A DNA stretch of 37,464 bases from Polyangiaceae bacterium (GTDB taxonomy: Bacteria; Myxococcota_A; Polyangia; Polyangiales; Polyangiaceae). The stretch's first letter is position 1. Each line of letters opens with the position of its first letter. The translations under genes were made by a program, and so were the position numbers. Location: assembly GCA_044222475.1 (NCBI GenBank), contig JBGANF010000079.1, forward strand, positions 1 to 37,464. Direction: 5' to 3'. Shown piece by piece: positions 8,800 through 17,303 of the stretch. The notes beneath the pieces are model-generated. The model had not been told where the DNA came from. It worked only from the letters and a program-made list of their open reading frames with translations, and made no database searches.

Positions 8800-9462
8800 A
8801 TGGCTCGGCGAACGAAGAGAGCGAAACCCGCTCCGACCAAGGCCCCGATTGCCCCGCGCAAGGTTCCGCGCCAAGAGCGCGCCCAGGCCACCGTCGAGGC
8901 GATCCTGGAGGCGACGGCGAAGGTCCTCCGCGAGCAGGGCTACGACGGCCTCACCACCAACAAGGTCGCCGAAGCCGCCGGTGTGAGCGTCGGGTCGCTC
9001 TACCAATACTTCCCCGGCAAGGACGCCCTCGTCACCGCGCTCCTCTTGCGGTTTGCCGAGCGACAGCAAGCCGCGTTCTTCGACGTCATCACGCGCGTCG
9101 CGACCGCGCCGATCCCGGTCGTGATCGACGCCGTCGTCGAGATGCTGGTCGAACAAGCCGACGTCGATCCCGATCTCGCGACCGTGCTCATGAACCAGAT
9201 CCCACGCGTCGGCGAGCTCGGCCAGGTCATCGCCTACAACGAAGAGAAGATCGCCACGCCGCTCCACGCGTTCCTCGTCGCGCGCCAGGAGGACCTCGCG
9301 ATCACGGACCTGCGCGCCGCGACGTTCCTCCTGACGCACTCGATCCCGCCCCTCCTCCAGAGGATGCGCGTGAGCGCGCCGCCGAAGGATCTGCGTCACG
9401 GAGTCTTCCGCGAGCTGAAGCGGATGCTCGTCGCCTACTTCGCGGGCGCCGTCACTTCGTGA
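8800..9462 (+). CDS. TetR/AcrR family transcriptional regulator
   Basis: RKVPRQERAQATVEAILEA...LTTNKVAEAAGVSVGSLYQYFPGKDAL helix-turn-helix. Confidence 0.92.
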   Translation: MARRTKRAKPAPTKAPIAPRKVPRQERAQATVEAILEATAKVLREQGYDGLTTNKVAEAAGVSVGSLYQYFPGKDALVTALLLRFAERQQAAFFDVITRVATAPIPVVIDAVVEMLVEQADVDPDLATVLMNQIPRVGELGQVIAYNEEKIATPLHAFLVARQEDLAITDLRAATFLLTHSIPPLLQRMRVSAPPKDLRHGVFRELKRMLVAYFAGAVTS

Positions 9463-10498
9463 CGCTCGCCAGCTTCTCCTCCACGAGGATGTCCGACACT
9501 TTGTAGGTCGGCGCCACGAGCTTCTTCGAGCGCTCGAAGATCTCCATCATGGTGTCGTAGATCTTCATCGTCTTCTCGCGCGACACCTTCGCGTCGTAGC
9601 CCTTCACCTCTTGGGCCACGTTGACGAGCCCGCCCGCGTTGATCGCGTAGTCGGGCGCGTACAAGATCCCACGCGCGTGGAGGTCGTCACCGTGGCGCGG
9701 CTCGGCCAGCTGGTTGTTCGCCGCGCCGGCGACGATCGGCGCCTTGAGGTGCGGGATCGTCTGGTCGTTCAACCCCGCGCCCAGGGCGCACGGCGCGAAC
9801 ACGTCGCACTCGGTGGCGGCGATCGTGTCGATCGCGACGACCTTCGCGCCGAACTCGCGCTGTGCCCGCTCGGCCTTGTGCGGATCGACGTCGGCGACGG
9901 TGAGCTTCGCCCCGCATGCGTGCAGCTCCTTGCAGAGCCAGTGACCGACGTGACCGACACCCTGCACCGCCACGTGGATCCCCTGGAGCGAGTCCTTTCC
10001 GAGCTTGAACTTCACCGCCGCCTCGATGCCGCGGCGAACGCCGAGCGCGGTGAACGGCGACGGGTCACCCGACCCGCCGTGCGACGGGTCGACGCCGGTG
10101 ACGTTCTTCGTCACGGTGCGAATGACCTCCATGTCTTCGAGACCGGTGCCGCTGTCTTCCGCGGTGATGTAGTGCCCGCGCAGGTCTTCGAGGAACTTCC
10201 CGAACGCGCGGAACAGCGCGACGCGATCGAAGTGCTGCTTCGGCCGCATGATGACGCTCTTGCCGCCGCCGTGCGCGAGGCCGGCGAGCGCGGCCTTGTA
10301 GGTCATCCCGCGCGCCAAGCGCAGCGCGTCGACGAGAGCGGCCTCGTCGCTGTCGTAGTGGATGAACCGGCAGCCGCCGAGCGCGGGACCGAGCCGCGTG
10401 TCGTGGATGGCCACGATCGCGCGAAGGCCGGTCGCCTTGTCGAGCTTGAAGTGAACTTCGCCGTAGTCGTAGGTCGACAGGTGACGGAAGAGCTCCAT
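9452..10498 (-). CDS. ldh: Leu/Phe/Val (Glu/Leu/Phe/Val family) dehydrogenase
   Basis: HDTRLGPALGGCR, GMTYKAA, GGGKSVI, YITAEDSG, QGVGHVG, AGAANNQL and YAPDYAINAGG. Confidence 0.92.
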   Translation of the reverse strand: MELFRHLSTYDYGEVHFKLDKATGLRAIVAIHDTRLGPALGGCRFIHYDSDEAALVDALRLARGMTYKAALAGLAHGGGKSVIMRPKQHFDRVALFRAFGKFLEDLRGHYITAEDSGTGLEDMEVIRTVTKNVTGVDPSHGGSGDPSPFTALGVRRGIEAAVKFKLGKDSLQGIHVAVQGVGHVGHWLCKELHACGAKLTVADVDPHKAERAQREFGAKVVAIDTIAATECDVFAPCALGAGLNDQTIPHLKAPIVAGAANNQLAEPRHGDDLHARGILYAPDYAINAGGLVNVAQEVKGYDAKVSREKTMKIYDTMMEIFERSKKLVAPTYKVSDILVEEKLASVTK

Positions 10499-10575
10499 GA
10501 GGCCGAATTAGTCGACGTGCGGCCCGAGATCCATCACGCGCCGCGTCAGACCCGATTTCTCGCTACGATGAGGGG

Positions 10576-11925
10576 ATGCGCCTCCTGGTCGGGTCGTGGG
10601 CCGCGCTCCTTTTCTGCGCCGCGTGTTCGTCCGATCCGGCGGCGACGCCCGCCGACGGCGGCGCCGACGCGCCCGGCGACTCCGCGCCTCCGGCCGATGG
10701 CGGCACCGACGCCAGCGACGCCGGACCGCCCGCCCCGTCGTACTGCACCGACGACGTCCCCCAGGTCGTGACCACCGGCGCGGGGCTCACCGCGACGACC
10801 ACCCACTACGAGCTCTACGCCGAGACCACCCAAGCCGACGCGATCGATCTCGCGCGCCTCCTCGAAGCATCCGGCGCCGCGTTCGCCGCCTGGTTCGAGC
10901 GACCGTTCCCGCTCGGAAGCGGCGAGCGCTTCAAGGTGAAGTACTACAAGGATCAACCGAGCTGGACCGCCGGGATGGCGGCCGACGGCATCAACGCCCC
11001 CGCCGATGCCGGCGGGTACTTCGATCCCGGGAAGAAGACGGCGTACCTCTACAAGCAGGGGAACCCGTACTACTCCCACGTGCTGCTCGTCCACGAGGCG
11101 ACGCACCAGTACCACCACGTCTCGCGCATCAAGGTCCCGTCGTTACCGTTTTGGTACATGGAAGGCCACGCAGAGTACCTCGCGCGCCACGACTGGGATG
11201 GTCGCTGCGTGCGACTCGGCGTCGTCTCGCTGCTGAGCTGGGAGGACATCCCCGCGAAGGTATCCCCGCCCATCGGAGAGCCCGCGATCCTCGACGGCTC
11301 GGTCACGCCGACCCGCGCCCAGGCCTGGGCGCTGTTCCGCTACCTCGACACCGGTCCCCTCCGCGCGAAGTTCAAGGACTACCGCGACGCGCTCGACGCG
11401 ACCGGAACGGCGTCGTTCTCGACCCTCGTCGCCGATCCGACCAGCCTGAGCTCGCCCTTCACGGCGTGGTTGCCGACGGCGCAAGAGCCGATGAAGCCGA
11501 TCTTCACCGAGTGGGTCCACGTCGGACCGACCTCGGTCTCGGTCGACACGCCCGGCGTGTTCAGCCTCGCGGTCGTGAAGAGCGCCGTGACTCACTTCGA
11601 AGCCAAGCTCGAGCTGCCTGCGTCCGGCCCGTGGACCGCCGGCGCCGTCGTCGCGTACACCGACGCGCAGCACTACATCGGCGTCGTGCAGGCGAGCAAC
11701 GGCATGGTGAAGACCTTCACCGCCAACGGCAGCGCGATCTGGAACGATCTCGGTGCCGCGCCGCTGCCGAGCGGCAAGCTCGAAGCGTTCTCCGTCGACT
11801 TCAGCGGCGGAAACGCCAACGTGACGTTCAACGGAAAGAGCTTCACCGTCGCAGCTGCCGCGCCGCGCGCCGGCCTCGCCGCGAACGACACGACCGCGCG
11901 CTTCGTCGAGGTCAGCTGGAAGTAG
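10576..11925 (+). CDS. Lipoprotein, putative gluzincin zinc metallopeptidase with C-terminal beta-sandwich
   Basis: Lipobox FCAAC; AGGYF; HEATH followed by WYMEGHAEY (third zinc ligand). Confidence 0.7.
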   Translation: MRLLVGSWAALLFCAACSSDPAATPADGGADAPGDSAPPADGGTDASDAGPPAPSYCTDDVPQVVTTGAGLTATTTHYELYAETTQADAIDLARLLEASGAAFAAWFERPFPLGSGERFKVKYYKDQPSWTAGMAADGINAPADAGGYFDPGKKTAYLYKQGNPYYSHVLLVHEATHQYHHVSRIKVPSLPFWYMEGHAEYLARHDWDGRCVRLGVVSLLSWEDIPAKVSPPIGEPAILDGSVTPTRAQAWALFRYLDTGPLRAKFKDYRDALDATGTASFSTLVADPTSLSSPFTAWLPTAQEPMKPIFTEWVHVGPTSVSVDTPGVFSLAVVKSAVTHFEAKLELPASGPWTAGAVVAYTDAQHYIGVVQASNGMVKTFTANGSAIWNDLGAAPLPSGKLEAFSVDFSGGNANVTFNGKSFTVAAAAPRAGLAANDTTARFVEVSWK

Positions 11926-11928
11926 ACG

Positions 11929-12969
11929 TCACGGGTGGCCGGGCGGCATGCCCATGCCCGGCGGCATCCCCATCATCCCCGGAGGCATCCCCGGCGGTGC
12001 GGCCGGAGCGGCATCCTTCGCGCCGCCGTCGAGCGGCTGCTGGAACTTGTCGGCCGCGGCGGTCGCCCACTCGGCGATGACCGGACCCACGACGAAGACC
12101 GTCGGATCCGGGTCCTTCATCGCGTACCGCGCCTGACCGGTCTGGGTCTTGCCGATCTTGAGCGTGTAGAGGCCCGCGTTGTCCTTGAGCTTGATCGTGA
12201 CGGTCGCCTCGGGGGCGTCCATGCCGGTCTCGGTCGCGGGCTTGCCGTCACCGAAGTCGTCGGCGTTGAGCGCCTTGAAGTTCATGAGCATGCTCTTGAT
12301 CTTCTCTTCGTCGAGGCGGGGGATCGCCTTGTCCTTGAGAGAGCCTGCCCACTTGTCGCCCTTGGTGAACGAGAGCGAACCGTTCGAGTTCACGATCGTG
12401 ACCTGGGTCACGTTCGCGTCGTCGAACTTGAAGATCTCGCGGTCGCGCCAGTCCTTGACCTCTTTGGTGTACATGAAGCCGGAGTAGCCCTTCGCCAGGT
12501 AGATGTCGGGCTTGCCCGGGATCATCACCGAGTCGCCGAGGCCGCCGGACTTGCCGAAGGTCGCGTCGAACTTCTTGTCGCCACCCTTCATCGTGACGAC
12601 GTGGACGCCCTTGGTCGCGTCGACCTCGTACGTCTTCTTCGTCTCGTCGTTGGCGGCGAGCGCGGCGGTGTCGGTGATCTTGAGCTCCTTCATGTTGTCG
12701 AGGAGGCTCTTCACGTTGCCCTGGTTCGCGAGCGCGCTCACCGGCTTCGTGACCATCCACTTGTCGCCCTTCTTCTCGAGGGTGACCTCACCTTTGTCGC
12801 CGTTGGTGATCGTGATCTTGTCGACGTCCTCGACGCCCTTCAGCTCGGGGAGATCGGCCTTGGCGGCCGTCGTCCCGAGCTGCGAGTCCTTCTTGTACTG
12901 CGTGTAGACCCAGAACGATGCGCCGGCGAGAACGACGGCAGCGACGATGAGCTTGGTATTCCGATCCAT
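11929..12969 (-). CDS. DUF4340 domain-containing protein
   Basis: N-terminal TM anchor; duplicated unit (VTLEKKGDKW / SFTKGDKW); KDWRDR motif; last gene of a gld-like operon. Confidence 0.75.
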   Translation of the reverse strand: MDRNTKLIVAAVVLAGASFWVYTQYKKDSQLGTTAAKADLPELKGVEDVDKITITNGDKGEVTLEKKGDKWMVTKPVSALANQGNVKSLLDNMKELKITDTAALAANDETKKTYEVDATKGVHVVTMKGGDKKFDATFGKSGGLGDSVMIPGKPDIYLAKGYSGFMYTKEVKDWRDREIFKFDDANVTQVTIVNSNGSLSFTKGDKWAGSLKDKAIPRLDEEKIKSMLMNFKALNADDFGDGKPATETGMDAPEATVTIKLKDNAGLYTLKIGKTQTGQARYAMKDPDPTVFVVGPVIAEWATAAADKFQQPLDGGAKDAAPAAPPGMPPGMMGMPPGMGMPPGHP

Positions 12970-12984
12970 GTTCGTTTTCGGGAA

Positions 12985-14856
12985 TCAGGCGAGAGAGATG
13001 TTGAGGCGTTGGTTCATGCGGTAACGCCAACGACCGACGCCGAATGCGATGAAGAGGAGCGGGATGGCGAGGATGAGCGACCAGCCGATGGTCTTCTGAG
13101 TGCTCTTCCGCGCCTCTTTCATCTCCTTTTCCTTCTTCTTGATGTCCTCGTCGGTCTCGTTCTCGTCGAACTTGATCGCGTTGACGTCGCCGTAGACGAG
13201 GCCGGGCTCGCTGAGGATCTTCGCCGAGACGGCGAGGAGATCGACGTCGCCGGTGAGCCAGTCGAGCGTGTTCTTGAGGCCGAGGATGGCGTAGAGCAGC
13301 GGCGCGGCTCCGCGCTGAAGGTCGGCGTAGGGGCCGGCGATCTGCTGGAGCTTCTCGTCGCCGCCTTGGCCCATCATCATGCCGCCGAACTGCGACATGT
13401 CCGGGCCGTTGCCGGCGCGAGCGAACGGGTTCGCGGTGAACTGGCTCGACGAGAGGACGAACACGCGAGCGCGCTTGTCCGCCGGCACTTCCGGCGCGCC
13501 GTCGACACCTTGCTTGTCACCCGCGGGGAAGGCGCTCTTGAGGCGTCCTTCGACGTGGGCGGCGAGACCGAACTGTTCCCACTGGCCCTTCGGGCGCCAG
13601 GACTGGAACGGTGCGAGGTCGACCTTGTCGTCCGTCTTGCGGATCGACTTGGGGGACGAACGCGCGACGATGCCGATGTCCTTCTCGTCGGTGATCTGCG
13701 GCTGCTTGTCCTTGTGGAGCACGAGCGACGAGCAGAACGGCATGATGACCTGCTCCATCCGGAAGAACGGAGGGAAGCTCGAGTCGAGGAGCTGCTGGTC
13801 GCCGCTGAAGCGCGAGTCGTCGATGACGTTGAGCACCTGCGGGAAGCGAACGCTCGCGAGGCCACCCTGGGTGAGCATCGTGACGCGGTAGCTGCGCCCG
13901 AAGTCGAGGATGACGTCCTTGCGCATCTCGATGCCGTAGCCGTCGAGGAGCTTGTCGAGCCCGTGGGCGTTGAGCTCGGCGTTCATCGTCGCGTCGCTCG
14001 CCTTGACGTTCACGAAGCTCGCGAACACCGCCAGGCTCTTGCCCTTCATGACGAACTCGTCGATGCGGCGGAGCTCCTTCTCGGTGATGTCCTTGCCGGG
14101 CTGCGTGACGATGAGCCCGTCGAGCGTGTCGTCGATGGGGGCTTCGCCACCCTTCAGATCGACGTCGACGAACGTGTAGAACGGGAAGTTCCGCGACACG
14201 ACCATCTGCATCGACGGACCCTGCTGGCCGCCGCCGGGGACGAGGTTCGTCTCCGAGAGCTTCATCTCGTCGTGGCCGGTGAGGACGCCGATCTTGTGCT
14301 TGATGCCGTCCCCGCGGTCGCGGAGCTCGCGCATCTTGTTGGTGATCCAGAACTCGAGGCCGCTCGACTGATCGGGCGAGAGGAACGGGATCACGTCTTT
14401 CTCGACGCCGTACTTGAAGACGAGACCCATGTAGCCCTGGGTCACGCCGACCTTCTCTTCGCCTTCGGCCGCTTCACCGAAGGGGACGGCCTTGAGGCCC
14501 GCGGCCTCGGCGTCCTTCTTCTTGGTCTCGTCGTCCTTGGCTTCGATCAGGTTGTATTCGAAGTTCGCGCCGCCCTGCTCCTTGTACTGCTGGAGCAGAT
14601 CGCGGAGGTCGCGCACGAAGAGGTCGAGCTTGGGCAGACCCTTCGTGACGTAGGCGTCGACGGTGAGCTTCTGCTTCATCGACTGGATGAGCTTTCCGCT
14701 CCCGCGGGAGAGCGTGAAGCGCTCCGCCTTCGTCATGTCCTTGTGGATCTCGCCGCCGAAGAATCCGGCCGCGTTCACCGCGACGCAGATGGCCGCGATG
14801 ATGAGGATGATGGCCAAGCTCTCCGCTTGGGCCTTGGTCTTTCGTTCGATCGCCAT
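12985..14856 (-). CDS. gldG: GldG-family ABC transporter auxiliary component
   Basis: DMTKAERFTLS, DLLQQY, IGVLTGHDE, ELRRIDEFVMKG and NTLDWL; N- and C-terminal TM helices. Confidence 0.8.
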   Translation of the reverse strand: MAIERKTKAQAESLAIILIIAAICVAVNAAGFFGGEIHKDMTKAERFTLSRGSGKLIQSMKQKLTVDAYVTKGLPKLDLFVRDLRDLLQQYKEQGGANFEYNLIEAKDDETKKKDAEAAGLKAVPFGEAAEGEEKVGVTQGYMGLVFKYGVEKDVIPFLSPDQSSGLEFWITNKMRELRDRGDGIKHKIGVLTGHDEMKLSETNLVPGGGQQGPSMQMVVSRNFPFYTFVDVDLKGGEAPIDDTLDGLIVTQPGKDITEKELRRIDEFVMKGKSLAVFASFVNVKASDATMNAELNAHGLDKLLDGYGIEMRKDVILDFGRSYRVTMLTQGGLASVRFPQVLNVIDDSRFSGDQQLLDSSFPPFFRMEQVIMPFCSSLVLHKDKQPQITDEKDIGIVARSSPKSIRKTDDKVDLAPFQSWRPKGQWEQFGLAAHVEGRLKSAFPAGDKQGVDGAPEVPADKRARVFVLSSSQFTANPFARAGNGPDMSQFGGMMMGQGGDEKLQQIAGPYADLQRGAAPLLYAILGLKNTLDWLTGDVDLLAVSAKILSEPGLVYGDVNAIKFDENETDEDIKKKEKEMKEARKSTQKTIGWSLILAIPLLFIAFGVGRWRYRMNQRLNISLA

Positions 14857-14867
14857 GACCTAGGTCC

Positions 14868-15977
14868 TCACTTCCACTTCCGGCTCTCGAGAGAGCGGAA
14901 GGAGACGAGCAAGCAAATGACCGCGATCGACAAGAAGTAGACGACCGATCGCGATGCGATGATCCCGCGCTCGAAATCCTTGAGCTGGGCTTGGGTGCTG
15001 ATGAAGGAGAGCGCGACACCCGTGGCGCCTTGCACCTGATCCACGAGGAGGCCGAGCCCCCAGAGGGTCAGGAGCGCCGAGATCGTCGCGAAGAACGCGA
15101 TGATCTGGCTCTCGGTGAAGCTGGAGAACATCATCCCGAGGGAGATGCCGGCAGCCGAGTAGAGGAACAGACCGAGGTAGGCCGTCCACACCGGACCCCA
15201 ATCGAGCGGGCCGAGGTTCCAGGGCCACTTGAACATCGCGACCGGGTAGATGAACGAAGCCGCGAGGAGGATCGTGCAGAGCCCCAGCGCCGCGAGGAAC
15301 TTCCCGAGGATGACCTCGGAGTCCTTCACCGGCATCGTGATGAGGAGCTCGATCGTGCCCGAGCGCTTCTCTTCGGCGAGGACACCCATCGTGAGGACCG
15401 GGATCACCACGCAGAGGGCGACCGGCATCATCGACACGAGCCGCTGCACCGTCGCGCGGTCGGCCTGCCAGAAGCCGCCGTCGTAGATGAAGAAGTAGAG
15501 CCCGAGGCCGAGCATGCTGAGGCAGAGCACGACGTACGCGGCCGGCGAGTTGAAGTAGCCGCGGAGCTCGCGCTTCGCGATCGTGAGGGTGTTCCTCACC
15601 GAGTCCATCATGTCGCCTTGGGCGGCGGGCGCGACGGTGCCGCCCTTGGCGGCCTTTGGCGGAGTCGAGGCGCGATCGTCGTCGTCCTCTTCCTCTTCGT
15701 CCTCGTCTTCTTCGTCTTCTTCGTCGTCCTCGTCGTCGTCGTCGTCGTCGTCCGACTTGCTGGACTTCGCGGACTTGGCGGGCTTTTCGTCCTCTTCCTC
15801 GTCCTCTTCGTCGTCCTCGTCGTCGTCGTCGTCGTCGTCCTCTTCGTCTTCGTCCTCGTCGCGATCCTCGTCGTCCCCCGGATCGGAATCGCGGCCCGAG
15901 TCACTAGCCTCTTCTTCGTCGCGCTCGTCGGCAGCGTCGTCCTTCTCGTCTGCCTCTGCGTTCTTCTCGGTGGCCAT
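14868..15977 (-). CDS. gldF: GldF-like ABC-2 permease with long acidic N-terminal extension
   Basis: IAKRELRGYFNSPAAY and LAEEKRSGTIELLITMPV..ILGKF; SD GAGGA upstream of ATG 15977. Confidence 0.82.
   Translation of the reverse strand: MATEKNAEADEKDDAADERDEEEASDSGRDSDPGDDEDRDEDEDEEDDDDDDDEDDEEDEEEDEKPAKSAKSSKSDDDDDDDEDDEEDEEDEDEEEEDDDDRASTPPKAAKGGTVAPAAQGDMMDSVRNTLTIAKRELRGYFNSPAAYVVLCLSMLGLGLYFFIYDGGFWQADRATVQRLVSMMPVALCVVIPVLTMGVLAEEKRSGTIELLITMPVKDSEVILGKFLAALGLCTILLAASFIYPVAMFKWPWNLGPLDWGPVWTAYLGLFLYSAAGISLGMMFSSFTESQIIAFFATISALLTLWGLGLLVDQVQGATGVALSFISTQAQLKDFERGIIASRSVVYFLSIAVICLLVSFRSLESRKWK
15718..15840. repeat. Exact 36-bp direct repeat in poly-Asp/Glu coding microsatellite
   Basis: tcttcgtcgtcctcgtcgtcgtcgtcgtcgtcgtcc at 15718-15753 and 15805-15840. 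Confidence 0.85.
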
Positions 15978-15980
15978 GGC

Positions 15981-17144
15981 TCAGTCCTCTTCCTTTTCGT
16001 CGTCTTCGTCTTCTTCTTCTTCGTCCTCGTCTTCCTCTTCTTCTTCGTCCTCGTCGTCGGCTTCGTCCTCGTCCTCGTCCTCCTCCTCGTCGTCTTCGTC
16101 GTCGAGATCCTCGTCCTCCTCGTCCTCGTCGTCGTCGGCGCCTGCGCCGAGCTTCCGGTTGCGGAGCTCGTCGCCGATCGTGAGGTTGCGGAAGACGTTC
16201 TCGAGAGTCTGAACGTCGCGGTGGAGCTCGAGGAGGACCCAGCCTTTGTCCACGATGAGACCGAAGATTTCGGGGCGGAGGTCGTCTTTGAGCTCGGTGC
16301 TCAAGGAATAAGAGTGGAGTCGTTCGTCGGTCGGGAGCTCGCGCACGTCGGTCACGCCGTGGATGCGCTTCAGCGTGTCTTCGACCTCGCCCTTCGACGG
16401 GGGCGAGCCCTTGCCGCGGTAGTTCTCGGGCGTCTCCTGGATCGAGACGAGGTACCGGGTCTTCCCGCTCTTCGCGCGGATCTCGTCGAGCGGGCCGTCG
16501 GCGACGACGCGACCCTTGCGCACGATGATCGCCCGCGCACACGCGGCTTCGACCTCGGCGAGGTTGTGGGTCGAGAGCAGAACGGTGCGCTGCTCGCCGA
16601 TCTGCTTCAGGTACTCGAGGAACTCGGCCTTCTCGTTCGGGTCGAGGTCGCTCGTGGGCTCGTCGAGGATCATGATCGGCGGATCGTGGATGAGCGCCTG
16701 CGCGAGACCGACACGCTGGCGGTAGCCGTGCGAAAGCTGGCGGATCTCCTTGCCGAGCACTTGCGCGATGCCGCACACCTCGACGACGTCCTTCGCGCGC
16801 TTCTTGAAGGTGCTGTCGTCGAGCTTGCGGAGGTCGGCCGCGAACCGGAGGTACTCGAGGACGCTCATCTCGACGTAGAGCGGCGCGCGCTGCGGCAGGT
16901 AGCCGATGCTCTTTCGCACGCTGAGCGGGTCTTCGAACACGTCGAAGCCGTTGACCTTCGCCGTGCCGGCGCTCGGCGAGAGGAAGCACGTGAGGATGCG
17001 CATCGTGGTCGATTTTCCGGCGCCGTTCGGGCCGAGAAATCCGACGACCTCGCCCTTGTGGACGTCGAAGCTCACCTTGTCGAGAGCGCGAAATGATCCG
17101 TATTGCTTCGACAGATCGCTCGCCTCAATCATCACGTCAGTCAT
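15981..17144 (-). CDS. gldA: GldA-like ABC transporter ATP-binding protein with acidic C-terminal tail
   Basis: Walker A GPNGAGKST, signature LSHGYRQR, Walker B ILDEPT, STH; SD GGAGG before ATG 17144. Confidence 0.88.
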   Translation of the reverse strand: MTDVMIEASDLSKQYGSFRALDKVSFDVHKGEVVGFLGPNGAGKSTTMRILTCFLSPSAGTAKVNGFDVFEDPLSVRKSIGYLPQRAPLYVEMSVLEYLRFAADLRKLDDSTFKKRAKDVVEVCGIAQVLGKEIRQLSHGYRQRVGLAQALIHDPPIMILDEPTSDLDPNEKAEFLEYLKQIGEQRTVLLSTHNLAEVEAACARAIIVRKGRVVADGPLDEIRAKSGKTRYLVSIQETPENYRGKGSPPSKGEVEDTLKRIHGVTDVRELPTDERLHSYSLSTELKDDLRPEIFGLIVDKGWVLLELHRDVQTLENVFRNLTIGDELRNRKLGAGADDDEDEEDEDLDDEDDEEEDEDEDEADDEDEEEEEDEDEEEEDEDDEKEED

Positions 17145-17182
17145 CGTGCCTCCAGCAAAGCCATGAACGGTGCGGGGCGCGC

Positions 17183-17210
17183 ATCCTAGCGGCGGGTGTC
17201 TCCATGTCAA
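17183..17210 (-). promoter_or_regulatory. Putative sigma-70 promoter of the gld-like operon
   Basis: Minus strand TTGACA-N16-TAGGAT. Confidence 0.7.
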
Positions 17211-17303
17211 CGGGCCACGGAAGCGCGCGTAACAGTTGGTTATTTCCCGCGCCTAAGCAAACGAGGGCGCCAGGACATTCCCGCGCGCTGCTATCTTGGG
17301 CCG

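Noticed and set aside
15981..15983. In-frame TGA as selenocysteine
   Set aside because: Non-catalytic acidic context, no SECIS-like hairpin recognised, and a good SD plus ATG follows.
15675..16140. Repetitive tract considered as a CRISPR or non-coding array
   Set aside because: Triplet-periodic coding low complexity with no repeat-spacer structure.
15583..16212. Poly-serine ORF
   Set aside because: Reverse-strand reading (TCN) of the Asp/Glu codon tract; no independent evidence for it.
11935..17096. Long plus-strand ORFs 11935..14940 and 14991..17096
   Set aside because: Antisense shadows of the gld operon, expected from high-GC codon bias.
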